Source: a virus | Taxonomy: Duplodnaviria > Caudoviricetes | Reading direction: 5' to 3' (one strand) | DNA: 64,000 bases | IMG/VR virus record: IMGVR_UViG_3300011008_000034 | Span: 113,648-177,647 of that record | Shown here: positions 1 through 10,329 of the stretch, piece after piece | Position numbering within the stretch: position 1 is the first letter of the stretch | Layout: the number at the start of each line of letters is the position of its first letter | The notes under the pieces: generated by a model | Databases searched by the model: none | What the model saw: the letters and a program-made list of their open reading frames with translations, nothing else | Told to the model about the DNA's origin: nothing | Position numbers and translations under genes: made by a program

Positions 1-130
1 TATCTGATTCATTTAAATCATCTTCATCTTCGTTTTTAACTAAAAACTTATTTTGATTACGCAAATAATCAAATGATTTTGGCGCAACTTCATCAATATT
101 TTCTTTTTTTAATTGTTCTGGCGTGCACAT
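1..130 (-). CDS. Hypothetical protein, 5' part only (runs off the left edge)
   Basis: ATG at 130 preceded by GGAGG; frame MCTPEQLKKENIDEVAPKSF... stays open to position 1; not in the ORF track. Confidence 0.6.
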   Translation of the reverse strand, partial: MCTPEQLKKENIDEVAPKSFDYLRNQNKFLVKNEDEDDLNESD

Positions 131-627
131 TCTTCATCCTCCATTTCTATATCTACATATTCCTTATCTAATTCTTCGCGAATATCTTCAAAATCATCAC
201 TATAAACAATTTCATGTTTTTGCGGATTAAAATCATCAAGAAAATATGGTTTTGATAAAAATTCATTCATGGAAAAATCCGCATAACCAAGTAATTTTCC
301 CTGGATATAAGCAGATAACGTATTTAAGTGAAAATTATCTCTCCAATCAGAAGTAACAAAATCAATAAGAAAACGCTGGAACGGATATTTATAAACATAA
401 CAATCTGCTGATTTTAATTTCTTATAAACAATTAATAATGTATATAAGCCACGATGTTTTGCATTTGTTTTGATTTCTTTATAACGTTCTACAACCACAT
501 CATCCATATGCGAATTCGTTTGAAAATCCTCATAATCAGCAACTTCAATTAATGCACAACTTCTAACTCCTTTCTCAATAAGATATGATTCTTCACATAC
601 TCGAGCATAATCATATATAACTGACAT
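109..627 (-). CDS. Hypothetical protein
   Basis: 172-aa ORF, coupled to the upstream gene by a TAATG overlap; no recognisable motif. Confidence 0.75.
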   Translation of the reverse strand: MSVIYDYARVCEESYLIEKGVRSCALIEVADYEDFQTNSHMDDVVVERYKEIKTNAKHRGLYTLLIVYKKLKSADCYVYKYPFQRFLIDFVTSDWRDNFHLNTLSAYIQGKLLGYADFSMNEFLSKPYFLDDFNPQKHEIVYSDDFEDIREELDKEYVDIEMEDEECARQNN

Positions 628-1571
628 TAAATATCATCCTTTCCAAATAAAATATTACCTTTATCATCAGTAAACAATTCAAATCCTTTTCCATAAATAC
701 GATTATTATCATAGTCTATACGAACCCATTTATGTTTTGTATTTAACAAATGTTGTTTTGCAAAGTTAATAATTTTTATAACATTATCATCTGTAAAGGG
801 TTCTTTTTTTACATTTGTATGATCGATAAAAATTAATTTCCATCCTTGTGATTTTAAAAAATAAGCACGTCTAATATCTTTTTTCTTTTTTTCTTTTAAT
901 GTTTCATATCCACATAAATAAGCAAAATAATGTCCTGTACCATTGTATTCCAATCCTATCATTTCACTTGTAAATGCAATGTCAATAGCTGTTCTATCAA
1001 CCGGAAAATTTAATTTTGAATCAATTAAAATATCATGTAAATGATACTGATACTTAGATGTATTAATCGTTCCATTTTTACTTCTTGTTTTTATAGCTTT
1101 TATTTGAATTTGTTTTTGTATTTCTGGATTATCGAATGGATTTCTAAATCCTGTCTTTTTTTCATATGTATCACCACGAGCTTTTTGTACATTAGGGTCA
1201 GCTGATACACTTTTATACCCAGTCCTTTCAAAATGAGTTTGATTCTTTCTATCAGCTAATTCCTGATTTCCTTTTGGATTTTCTATTTTTCCATAATGCG
1301 ATTTAAATGTTTTTATCCTTCTACATAAAGGACATAATTCAGCACCATGATCTCGTATTTTCCATCTTTCAGTTTCAAATTTTTTATTACAATTTTCACA
1401 AACACATTTTACTAATAAATTACTTGAAGGCTTTAAATCTTCATATGTAACTGTAAATTTTTGTCCCCAATTTGCTCCTAAATATTCATAACCTTTTTTT
1501 ACATAATATTTATAAGTCATTGGGTGCCAAGAAATTTCAAATGTTTGATTAGGAATAATCAATAACATCAC
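627..1571 (-). CDS. Free-standing homing-type endonuclease (Zn-ribbon plus Vsr/DUF559-like nuclease domain)
   Basis: CxCxxC...CxxC; repeated F/Y-ExxTG helical units; C-terminal IDIAF...GLEYNGTGHY...DIRRAYFLKSQGWKLIFI; paralogous to 22113-23327. Confidence 0.7.
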   Translation of the reverse strand: MMLLIIPNQTFEISWHPMTYKYYVKKGYEYLGANWGQKFTVTYEDLKPSSNLLVKCVCENCNKKFETERWKIRDHGAELCPLCRRIKTFKSHYGKIENPKGNQELADRKNQTHFERTGYKSVSADPNVQKARGDTYEKKTGFRNPFDNPEIQKQIQIKAIKTRSKNGTINTSKYQYHLHDILIDSKLNFPVDRTAIDIAFTSEMIGLEYNGTGHYFAYLCGYETLKEKKKKDIRRAYFLKSQGWKLIFIDHTNVKKEPFTDDNVIKIINFAKQHLLNTKHKWVRIDYDNNRIYGKGFELFTDDKGNILFGKDDI

Positions 1572-1572
1572 C

Positions 1573-4500
1573 TCATACTGTTACCTCAAAATCTTTTATC
1601 ACAAATTCTTCTTCTTCCTCATATAATTTTCTTCTGCATCTTGCGTGACGATGAAAAATAGGAGTCTCATCGTCAAAATCAAAAACAAAACACTTGTTTT
1701 TCCCAGGATATAAACGCATTACACGTCCAATTCTTTGATATGCTTTACATGACGATTTGCCTCCACCTGCTAAAATCAATGTATCAAGTTTTGGTAAATC
1801 CAATCCCTCGTCTGCTATTGTGGACGAAATAATCAATGTACAATACCCGCGTTTTACTCCTTCAAAAACAACTTGTCGTCTATATATGCTATCGTCTCCA
1901 GATAAAAATTCAATATTAGCTACTGTTTCTTCTACTTCAGTTCCATTATCATTATAGATAAATTTTGTCTCTTTTTTCCCTAAAATATTACATAATTTCT
2001 CATACAAAAATTCGCCATGACGAACATATTTAATTAAAAGCAAAATTGTACGATTACGTTTATACATCTGATAAGCAATTTTACAAATAATCTTATTCCG
2101 ATTCATGTTATCTACAATTGCTTGTTCATATAATTTAGCATAATTTTTCCCTGAAAATCTTCCTGAAATAGGAACAAAATAAATATATGGACGAATTAAA
2201 TATCCTAATTGGATTAATTTTGAAGCAGTAATAGCTTTACTGGGGTCACGTTTTGTCAATAATGCATCAATTAACATTGAGTCTCCAGAATCTCGCCAAG
2301 GCGTCGCGCTTACACCAATACGATAGTATGCATTAGTACATTCTGTAGCTACTTTTAAAAATGTATCTGCAGGAACATGATGACAATTACTCACCACTGC
2401 ATCATTGGTCACAAAATTATGGTTATCTGCTACAGTAATATCATATACATATTCAGTATCATCATCATGAACATATTGAAAATCATATACTTTTCCAACA
2501 ATTGGTTCAATTATAGTATAATAATCTTTTGCTCTAGTAGCTTTATATAAATCGTGATATGTTTGATAAATAGTATCTCCTGATTTATAAGAAATTTTAG
2601 TAGTAATAATATCTTCACCATATAAAATCCAATCAGCTCTAATATATTCTTGACGATTATCTACCCAAATTTTATGATTATTTGTACACGTAATAATAGT
2701 CTTTTCATGATTAGCTGTTTTTACAAAAATCTTGCACATTTTCCTATCACCAATAGGGATTTTAGAATAATTAGTAATAGGTTTAGATTCAAAAAATTTA
2801 CGAGTAGTATTATATGTAATAACATCAAAATGGTCGCCTTTTTCCATTCTTTCTACAATATTCCCAATTGTAGTATAAGTTCCATTTGCCAATAATACTG
2901 TAGCATAATATGGGCAACATTCATCAAATAAAATCATATTAGCTTGTTTAGCTATATCAATATCTGCAGATTGGATTGACATAACAGTAATATCTTTTGG
3001 TTCATAAATTCCATCACCAATGAATCCAATTTCTCTGCCTAGGAATTTTTGAAATTCTTGTTTTAATTGTACACAAAGAGAAATTTTATCAGCAAATACA
3101 CAAACTGGAGATACTTTAAACTTAGCTATTAAAGCGGCCATAATTAAAGTATTATGCGTTACAATAAAATCATTGCAAATAAATGTATGGTCTTCACTAT
3201 CCACAGCAATACATTTCATTTCTGAAAATTTTCCCGTTTTCTCAACATTAACAATTTTTAATAAATCATAATAATGTCCTTTTGTTTGAGGTGCTTTTGC
3301 AAAACGTTCATTATGTTTTTTAGAAGAAAACAACTTATTATCTTTTCCACATACACGAACAGAACAATCATCGGTCGTTACATTTCTATCTTTATAAAAA
3401 CGCTTGCCAATTTTTAAACTTGCACGATATCCTAAACTAAGAATTAAATAATAAACATCTTTTGCAAGTTGTACACTAGTAGTACCAAAACTTACATGAC
3501 CTTTTTCATCAACGTGACCATCTGTATCAATCAACCCGCGTAATAATTCGAGACGGTCTTCTTCTGAAGCAGTCAAATATTCTTGTGGAATAAATTTTTC
3601 ACCTGATTTTGTGCCTTTGAACGTATTCCAAATATAATTAGTTAATGGATTGTTACGACCACCAACAAAATGTTTTTGAATATGAGTAGTATCTTTACGA
3701 CGTTTAAAGAATCCAAATTCTTTTACAGATTCATTAAGTTTATCAAGAATATCATCTTCAGGATTTGTGAATGTAATTACTCTACCAGTAAATCCCCCAT
3801 CACCAAGCAACACTCCTAATGCATAAGGTGGAATTGGTAATTCTTTTTTAGGAAATTGTATTGGCTTACAAACTGGAATAGATAAAGTATATCCATGACC
3901 AGGAACTTTTACACGATATTTTGATACCATTTCTTCAATAGTAGCTACTCGCCATTGTGCACTATGTTCTCTTATTCCATTTGACATAAATTTCCATAAA
4001 TGGTCTTTACAACATTTTACAGTAGAACCATCACGAAAAGTTATTAACCATTCTTCTTTTTTTCCTTGAGGATATTCGCCAATTACTTTTGTTGGTTTTC
4101 CAAAACCATCAAACACAGTATCTCCTACATGAATATCTGAAAGAGGGACAAATCCATTTGGCGTTAAAATTGGAGTATCTAATGGCATAGCCTTGCCCGC
4201 TCCAGTGGCTGCTTGAATTACCTCACGAGGATTGCATATATCTATAACTTCTTTTTGATAATCTCTTATCTTTAATGGATTTCCATTAATCTCTTTTACT
4301 AAAGAATAATCTGCATCAGAAATTGGTTTTATTCTTGTATCGATTAATTTATAAGCAATATGACATTCTTTACAATAATCAATAACATCTTGTAAAAGAC
4401 CGGCATATGTCTTTTTTGTTTTACGATTAAATAAATGACGATATCTTACTTCCATGCTTCCAAATTCTTCTACTGGAAAAGATAATTTTGCCCATAAATT

Positions 4501-4641
4501 ATACATTTGATCTTTGGTCATATTATTAACTTTTAAATAAACATTATCTAAAATTAATTCTACTGGAGCATCTTCACCTAAATCATCTAATGATAATGAC
4601 TTTGTTTTAATTTTAGGGGGTGTAATATTTTGTAGCTTCAT
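1573..4641 (-). CDS. SF2 DExH helicase (UvsW/XPB-like) containing two inteins; 497 aa after splicing
   Basis: Q-motif IRDYQ; Walker A ATGAGK|T and Walker B DE|CH each interrupted; SAT, EGLDLP and QRIGRVMR motifs. Confidence 0.9.
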   Translation of the reverse strand: MKLQNITPPKIKTKSLSLDDLGEDAPVELILDNVYLKVNNMTKDQMYNLWAKLSFPVEEFGSMEVRYRHLFNRKTKKTYAGLLQDVIDYCKECHIAYKLIDTRIKPISDADYSLVKEINGNPLKIRDYQKEVIDICNPREVIQAATGAGKAMPLDTPILTPNGFVPLSDIHVGDTVFDGFGKPTKVIGEYPQGKKEEWLITFRDGSTVKCCKDHLWKFMSNGIREHSAQWRVATIEEMVSKYRVKVPGHGYTLSIPVCKPIQFPKKELPIPPYALGVLLGDGGFTGRVITFTNPEDDILDKLNESVKEFGFFKRRKDTTHIQKHFVGGRNNPLTNYIWNTFKGTKSGEKFIPQEYLTASEEDRLELLRGLIDTDGHVDEKGHVSFGTTSVQLAKDVYYLILSLGYRASLKIGKRFYKDRNVTTDDCSVRVCGKDNKLFSSKKHNERFAKAPQTKGHYYDLLKIVNVEKTGKFSEMKCIAVDSEDHTFICNDFIVTHNTLIMAALIAKFKVSPVCVFADKISLCVQLKQEFQKFLGREIGFIGDGIYEPKDITVMSIQSADIDIAKQANMILFDECCPYYATVLLANGTYTTIGNIVERMEKGDHFDVITYNTTRKFFESKPITNYSKIPIGDRKMCKIFVKTANHEKTIITCTNNHKIWVDNRQEYIRADWILYGEDIITTKISYKSGDTIYQTYHDLYKATRAKDYYTIIEPIVGKVYDFQYVHDDDTEYVYDITVADNHNFVTNDAVVSNCHHVPADTFLKVATECTNAYYRIGVSATPWRDSGDSMLIDALLTKRDPSKAITASKLIQLGYLIRPYIYFVPISGRFSGKNYAKLYEQAIVDNMNRNKIICKIAYQMYKRNRTILLLIKYVRHGEFLYEKLCNILGKKETKFIYNDNGTEVEETVANIEFLSGDDSIYRRQVVFEGVKRGYCTLIISSTIADEGLDLPKLDTLILAGGGKSSCKAYQRIGRVMRLYPGKNKCFVFDFDDETPIFHRHARCRRKLYEEEEEFVIKDFEVTV
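2386..2919 (-). mobile_element. Intein 2 (178 aa), mini-intein without endonuclease
   Basis: Starts CCPYYATVLLANG after FDE; block B TCTNNHKIW; block F YVYDITV; ends VVSN|CHH, restoring DECH. Confidence 0.88.
3151..4191 (-). mobile_element. Intein 1 (347 aa), Ala-start class-3 type, with LAGLIDADG homing endonuclease
   Basis: Starts AMPLDTPILTP after GAGK and ends VTHN|T; W (KDHLW), C (MKCIAV), T (VTHN) signature; LGVLLGDGG and LRGLIDTDG blocks. Confidence 0.9.
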
Positions 4642-4913
4642 TTATCTCCCTCCAATGGAATTATTCCAGTAAAATAATCTTGTTCTGTATCTATCCAACC
4701 AATTTGTTTCAATGTAGATTTATCTATAGAATTACAAAGAGTGGGGATATTAGGTAATCCCCAGTCTGTTGTACGATAAGAACATAAACAAGAAATAACT
4801 TTTATAGGTCCATCGCTTTTAAATGCATATGTTGTTTCTGGATATTCAAAATAAAATCCTTCTACTTCTCTTTTCGTTTCTTTGTCTATGGCTTTATAAT
4901 ATGGAATTCTCAT
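4638..4913 (-). CDS. YopX-like small phage protein
   Basis: MRIPYYKAIDK..VEGFY and IDKSTLKQIGWID resemble the YopX N-terminus and its 'DPETVGQYTG' motif. Confidence 0.45.
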   Translation of the reverse strand: MRIPYYKAIDKETKREVEGFYFEYPETTYAFKSDGPIKVISCLCSYRTTDWGLPNIPTLCNSIDKSTLKQIGWIDTEQDYFTGIIPLEGDK

Positions 4914-5185
4914 TATTCCTCCATAGCTTTTTTAGCTTCATCAAATAATTTATTAAAATGGTCTTGTAAACGTTCTAATTCAAATTCATCTTGAATAGTT
5001 AAACGAAAACCATTTTTAGTAGGGCCAGAATAAGATTCAGTATTTTTAAATTGACGAACATTTAAATAATAACATTGTTTTTGAACATCATGCTGAAAAG
5101 TAAATTGAAAATACATAGATGGATTCTGTTCCATTTGAAAATCTACTAATTTATTATCATTAAAACCAAACTGTTGAATCTTCAT
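4913..5185 (-). CDS. PC4/YdbC-like single-stranded DNA-binding protein
   Basis: YYLNVRQF...GPTKNGFRL matches the PC4 (p15) pattern YxxxRxF...PTKKGxxL. Confidence 0.65.
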   Translation of the reverse strand: MKIQQFGFNDNKLVDFQMEQNPSMYFQFTFQHDVQKQCYYLNVRQFKNTESYSGPTKNGFRLTIQDEFELERLQDHFNKLFDEAKKAMEE

Positions 5186-5448
5186 TATGCATTCTCCTTT
5201 TCTAAATCTTCAATGCGAATTATTTTACCTCTATATGTAGAAATATCATCAGCTTTCACAATATCTAATAATAAATCTTCTAAAACTTTTTCAGGATTAT
5301 TTACTCTTACTCGATAAACATCTTTTCCTACAATCATAGACAATTCATTTAATGTACCTGTACTACTAGTACAAAAAGCATCAATTGAATGTACTGGTAA
5401 TGAACATAATGACTTTAAGTCCATATCTTTAAAAGTTAAAAAAATCAT
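5185..5448 (-). CDS. Hypothetical protein (start probably at MIFLTF, 5448)
   Basis: The ORF-track start overlaps the deaminase gene; GAAGGTG SD-like sequence lies just before the ATG at 5448. Confidence 0.6.
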   Translation of the reverse strand: MIFLTFKDMDLKSLCSLPVHSIDAFCTSSTGTLNELSMIVGKDVYRVRVNNPEKVLEDLLLDIVKADDISTYRGKIIRIEDLEKENA

Positions 5449-5461
5449 ATTTGCACCTTCT

Positions 5462-5881
5462 TTAGAATAAATGTTCTTCAGCATATCCATCGTCTGTAGT
5501 ATAAAAAATAGTACGAATCCCAAAATCTTTTATAGCTTGCATGCATGATGGACATGGTCTTGCCATACCAAATTCTTTTGTTTTTCTTATTCGATAAACA
5601 TATAAACACATTTTTCTAGGGTCTAAAGTTTTATCTTTTATATGCAATAATGCAGCTATTTCTGCATGACATTTCGCATCATAATCATCTGGTGAGTCTA
5701 TTCGATATTTGTTGTATTCTTTTTGCATAGGATGTGTTTTATCTGAATTAACGCCGGTAGCAATGACCATTCCTTTATATGTAATCACACAACCTATATG
5801 AAATTTAAAATATTTTGATTGCTGAGCTACTTGTTTTGCCATTTCAAATGCTAATTCCGCGCGTTTATTCAAAAAAATCAC
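5462..5881 (-). CDS. Zn-dependent cytidine/dCMP deaminase-family protein
   Basis: HAE (KCHAEIAAL) and PCxxC (ARPCPSC) motifs; HIGCVI...IATGVN N-terminus. Confidence 0.85.
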   Translation of the reverse strand: MIFLNKRAELAFEMAKQVAQQSKYFKFHIGCVITYKGMVIATGVNSDKTHPMQKEYNKYRIDSPDDYDAKCHAEIAALLHIKDKTLDPRKMCLYVYRIRKTKEFGMARPCPSCMQAIKDFGIRTIFYTTDDGYAEEHLF

Positions 5882-6070
5882 CTACCCTTGCAAAATAATT
5901 GAATCATTTTTTATAATAACACAACTTACTGGTTTTGCTTTTAATTCTAAATTTTCCATTGTACGATAATCTGCAATCAATACAACATCATCATCGTCAG
6001 CATTTTTTAACATATTTTTTAATATTTTTACTGTCAAATCACAGCGATTAGATGGATTCATTTTAATCAT
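5882..6070 (-). CDS. Hypothetical protein
   Basis: 62-aa ORF packed in the operon with a GGAGG SD. Confidence 0.6.
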   Translation of the reverse strand: MIKMNPSNRCDLTVKILKNMLKNADDDDVVLIADYRTMENLELKAKPVSCVIIKNDSIILQG

Positions 6071-6071
6071 C

Positions 6072-6275
6072 TTATTCCTCCTTTACAAAATGATAAAAAC
6101 ATGTATGAGAGCCATAATCCCATATAATAGGATTCTCTCCATAGCTACGAATATAAGGTGGAGTAAAATGATTTTGTTTCCACCACGCTAATACAGAATC
6201 TTGGGCTTCTTTTAAAGAATTGAATTTCCCATGACATTTAATTTGTCCTAAACCATGCCACTGAACTTCGTACAT
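6072..6275 (-). CDS. Hypothetical protein
   Basis: 67-aa ORF with AAGGTG SD; first gene after a terminator. Confidence 0.7.
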   Translation of the reverse strand: MYEVQWHGLGQIKCHGKFNSLKEAQDSVLAWWKQNHFTPPYIRSYGENPIIWDYGSHTCFYHFVKEE

Positions 6276-6318
6276 TATCTCACCTTCTTAATTTTATTTT
6301 AAAAGAAAAAAGCAAAAA

Positions 6319-6344
6319 TGCATTTACATCTAACTGTAAATGCA
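6319..6344 (-). terminator. Intrinsic terminator
   Basis: TGCATTTACA-6nt-TGTAAATGCA stem followed by a T-rich run on the minus strand. Confidence 0.65.
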
Positions 6345-6352
6345 CTATGCTA

Positions 6353-6535
6353 TTAATCTTCATCAGCGTATTCTAATGATGATGCTTTGATATTCGTATA
6401 ACTAACTTTTCCATTATCAATAAAATAAGTATTATCAGAAAATGTTTGAGTAATTGTATATATGCTATCATCGAAAGGATTTTTAGTAAATCTTACTTTA
6501 TCAAATAAGTAAAAACGTTTTGCTAATCTTTTCAT
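6353..6535 (-). CDS. Small hypothetical protein (SH3/KOW-like pattern)
   Basis: 60 aa; ATGA overlap with the upstream gene. Confidence 0.6.
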   Translation of the reverse strand: MKRLAKRFYLFDKVRFTKNPFDDSIYTITQTFSDNTYFIDNGKVSYTNIKASSLEYADED

Positions 6536-9500
6536 TTTTCAATCAATCTCCCTTTTACATAGAACAAATCTCCATATACAGGATTTAGATGATTAATTAC
6601 CGTGGTATTATAATTAATATTACTTACTACTAACAGCATAACTTCTCCACGTTCATTAATGACTAGACAATATCCACAAACATATTTTTTAATAGGATTT
6701 ACACAATCATTAAAATATAAATTAAAATCTATATTAGCAAAAGTAATTTTTCCGTCTTGGAAATAACTTGAATCTTTGGATATTTTATATGTATTAACCA
6801 AATTACAATATCCTTCATTAATTCCCTTTAACATAAAATCATTCATGAATACTAATTTTTTATTAACATTTTCATTATTTAATGCATAAGACATATCATT
6901 AAAAATATCTTTTAAAATAATATCTTGATTATCTATTTGATATCCATTATACATTCCACCAGGAAGTTCATTTACTAAATTTAAAATAATATTTTCATTA
7001 TTTGGTTTTCCAGTAGATAATGTTGTAATAAAATATGTCCAAGGGGTTACACGTGTAACTTCTTTTGTTTTAGTAGTCATAACACCTTGATAAGGAATAT
7101 GATTATACCAAATTGATAATAGCTCATCACTTGACATTTGATACGATATCATAATAGGAATTTGAATCGACACACCATTTCTTGGTTTTGATGATTCATC
7201 AAATATAATAGTAATAAATGGTGTTCCAAAAGAATCTTCAGTTATATGAACAGGAATAGTATTCCAAATTCGTTTATTTGTAGCTTGTCCATATTCATCA
7301 TAAAAAATTTCACCATCATGATATCCTAAAATCTCAGTATCATACTGTCCTGTAATATTTCCATTTTCATCTAAAATATTATTATTAAACGTATAAACAG
7401 ACTTTAAAATTCCTCCGCGGATTTCTCCATCATGAATAATATCCATACATGGTAAAGTATAAACGTTATCTACACCATTAGCTGTAAATTCTAATAATTT
7501 ACATTTATGCATATTTGTAAAAATGGTTTTAGAATTTAAGTCATAATCAAAACTATATCCCGAACAACCTAATTCCAACGTCAATGTATCGCCAATATTT
7601 AAGGGATATTCTAATTTAATTGTATAATTTAAATCTTCTTCGCCAATTATTGTTGATGGTGTTTTAGTAATTGAAGTAATTCTATTTGTATGAGTTCCTA
7701 CTATAGAAATAATTTTATAGCCATACATTTCCATAGGAATATCATATTGATTCGTACCATTACCAGAAATATTATAATAAATCAAACGGGCATAACATTG
7801 TGATTTAGTACGAGTACTATTAGCAAAATCATATGCTTCATCTTCATTGCCAAATACTTTTCTTGGTTTTAGATATGGTACTTTCCTTGGATATTCTGAA
7901 TCTTTTTTATGGAAAGATACTTCTTCAATAATATCTAATGGATAATCATAATTAGAATCAGGCATATCTAAATCATACTTTACTATGCCTGCAGCTAATA
8001 TTTCTGTAGGCATATCCAATCCACCACAACCTGCTGGGAAGCAAACTTTACAATGTATGACTACTTTTTCTAATGACTGGTCATAAGGTTTAAACTGAAC
8101 AATATTAGTTCCTAATCCTTCACATTTACCATAAATAGAATCCGTGAGATTGTTTCCTGACATATCATAAATAGCATTTATTTCGGATATATACCGGTCT
8201 GAATTTAATGAAATTGTAAATGTTTTTAAACTAACATCTTTATCATATTCTCGATAAAAAACTGTATCTTCTTGTTCAAATTCATTATCACTCAAGTTAT
8301 TGATTATTGAATCAAAGCTTGGAGCTAATAATGTATCTGATTCAAGAAAATCATGAGGAAGCATTGGCCAGAAATTATTGACCATATAACTATATCCAGT
8401 TCCGGAACCCATTACAACTTCAAAACAACGATTATACATCAAAACTTCTTCAATAACAAATCCAGGATTAGTAGTATTTCTTAAATCTCCAATCTTAAAT
8501 CTATATGGAGTCAAATAAGACACAGAACAATTACTTTGAGCAATTAGACTTCCATTTAAATAAACATAAATCTGTCCAATTACCGGGGAAGGATTTTCAT
8601 TATAAGACAACCTGACATGATAATATCTTCCTGAAATCATTAATGTTTCAGATAAATTAGCTATCGCTTTATTTTCAATATAATTATCATTAGATACTTC
8701 ATAATTATACTGAGCGAAGATTAATAAATTCTTTTCTTTACGTAATTGTATAATGGGAGAATTACTTTCATTTACAATGGATAATATGATTTGAGATGTT
8801 TCATCGCATCCATTCCAATTCGGTTTAATAAAGAAATCTATAGTCCCTCTATCTTTTTCTACTAAATCATTAATGGTATAAGATAATTCTGTATTATTAT
8901 CAATAACAGCACCAAGATGATTTAATGAAGATTCATAATAAATTGATTTTTCATAAATTCTTGGAGCCAATGGATCGTTTGTGGGATATTCTTGAATAAT
9001 ACTTCCGTTAAATGGGATATGAAAAATTGTTGAAGATACATTTGTGTAATCAAATGGTTTATTTCCAATCTGAACACGACGCATTTTTTTGGTCTGACTT
9101 GTTTCTAGGTTATTATTAAAAATATCTCGTATGGTATCATCTGCTATAGCGTTATATCTTATACTGGAAAATGTAATAGTTTTTCTTAAATCAATAATAT
9201 CAGATTTTGATATAGAATCATATGCCTTCATATCCGGTCTCATATTATTTTTTAAGTCTCCTTTTAAAGAGGAATCATTAGAGACCAGCATAGCATTATA
9301 TGATGGAGCACCATTATAATTATTGAAACTATATTTAGTAGTATTCCGTCTTCTTACTCTAAACATAGGAATAGCAAAGACATATCTTCCTTTTAAAGTA
9401 GATGACTGGATATCATAATTAGGACGGCCAGCTACATAAAGATTTTTATCTCCATAAAATGGTTCATCTATAAACAAATCATTTTCAGCAGAACAATAAC

Positions 9501-10161
9501 AAAGATTGACGTTAGGAGATGTAGTAAACTGTCCATTACATTTTGGGAATACTGCAGAATAATGAAGCATATCACTATATCCAAACCCTTCTGGATATGT
9601 ATCAAAATCACATTCTTGTTTAGTTTGAATATTCCAGTACGTTACTACCCTTCTAGAAGTCTCCTCATTCACTCTAGAGTCCATCGCCAGCGTTCCTAAG
9701 GAATTACCATTGGCATACCCGTATGCCTTAATCTCGCTATCGCCAGTGACAAATTCCTGCCAGACTTCTAAATATACTAATTCATCTAACGTGGATTTTG
9801 TCTGAGATACCCCTAAATCTATAAGAATATAATTTGGAATATTATTATATGAAAAATTCCCTTGACAGTTTAATGTTATTCCATTTACTATGCATTTAAA
9901 AGGAGCTATGGCTAATCTATTCTTTAAAATCAATCCATTAGAAGAAGGATTCAAAATCATACTATCACCAGTAAATTCTGATGATACTAATTCAGTAAAT
10001 CCACTATATACACTTTTTCTGATTATATCTTTTCTTGCCTCTTCTTGGATTTCCTGCATTTCATTTTGCTCTACGTCAAGTAAAGGACGATCAAAACCGA
10101 ATTTTATTTCAGAAAATCCAGAACGAGGGTCATAATTTGAGTGTTTTTCAAAATAATTCAA
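6532..10161 (-). CDS. Large baseplate/tail-fibre-associated virion protein with a LamG/ConA-like domain
   Basis: N-terminal FDRPLLDVEQNEMQ motif of baseplate-anchored proteins; GTIDFFIKPNW...YHVRLSY...VYLNG LamG-like segment; N-terminal ~330 aa paralogous to 24006-25982. Confidence 0.65.
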   Translation of the reverse strand: MNYFEKHSNYDPRSGFSEIKFGFDRPLLDVEQNEMQEIQEEARKDIIRKSVYSGFTELVSSEFTGDSMILNPSSNGLILKNRLAIAPFKCIVNGITLNCQGNFSYNNIPNYILIDLGVSQTKSTLDELVYLEVWQEFVTGDSEIKAYGYANGNSLGTLAMDSRVNEETSRRVVTYWNIQTKQECDFDTYPEGFGYSDMLHYSAVFPKCNGQFTTSPNVNLCYCSAENDLFIDEPFYGDKNLYVAGRPNYDIQSSTLKGRYVFAIPMFRVRRRNTTKYSFNNYNGAPSYNAMLVSNDSSLKGDLKNNMRPDMKAYDSISKSDIIDLRKTITFSSIRYNAIADDTIRDIFNNNLETSQTKKMRRVQIGNKPFDYTNVSSTIFHIPFNGSIIQEYPTNDPLAPRIYEKSIYYESSLNHLGAVIDNNTELSYTINDLVEKDRGTIDFFIKPNWNGCDETSQIILSIVNESNSPIIQLRKEKNLLIFAQYNYEVSNDNYIENKAIANLSETLMISGRYYHVRLSYNENPSPVIGQIYVYLNGSLIAQSNCSVSYLTPYRFKIGDLRNTTNPGFVIEEVLMYNRCFEVVMGSGTGYSYMVNNFWPMLPHDFLESDTLLAPSFDSIINNLSDNEFEQEDTVFYREYDKDVSLKTFTISLNSDRYISEINAIYDMSGNNLTDSIYGKCEGLGTNIVQFKPYDQSLEKVVIHCKVCFPAGCGGLDMPTEILAAGIVKYDLDMPDSNYDYPLDIIEEVSFHKKDSEYPRKVPYLKPRKVFGNEDEAYDFANSTRTKSQCYARLIYYNISGNGTNQYDIPMEMYGYKIISIVGTHTNRITSITKTPSTIIGEEDLNYTIKLEYPLNIGDTLTLELGCSGYSFDYDLNSKTIFTNMHKCKLLEFTANGVDNVYTLPCMDIIHDGEIRGGILKSVYTFNNNILDENGNITGQYDTEILGYHDGEIFYDEYGQATNKRIWNTIPVHITEDSFGTPFITIIFDESSKPRNGVSIQIPIMISYQMSSDELLSIWYNHIPYQGVMTTKTKEVTRVTPWTYFITTLSTGKPNNENIILNLVNELPGGMYNGYQIDNQDIILKDIFNDMSYALNNENVNKKLVFMNDFMLKGINEGYCNLVNTYKISKDSSYFQDGKITFANIDFNLYFNDCVNPIKKYVCGYCLVINERGEVMLLVVSNINYNTTVINHLNPVYGDLFYVKGRLIEK

Positions 10162-10233
10162 ACATATTCACCTGCCTCTTTTAAATAAAATAGTAAATAT
10201 CATAATGAGGTAAAACACCACTATAAATGAAAT

Positions 10234-10266
10234 GTGGAGAAGACAACTGGTGAATGTCTTCTCCAC
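10234..10266 (-). terminator. Perfect 12-bp hairpin, probable terminator of the AEP-like gene
   Basis: GTGGAGAAGACA-9nt-TGTCTTCTCCAC. Confidence 0.55.
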
Positions 10267-10329
10267 GAAGGTTAATTTGTGTATAATAGAATTAATATTA
10301 ATATACCTCTTTGAAGACATTTTATTTCT

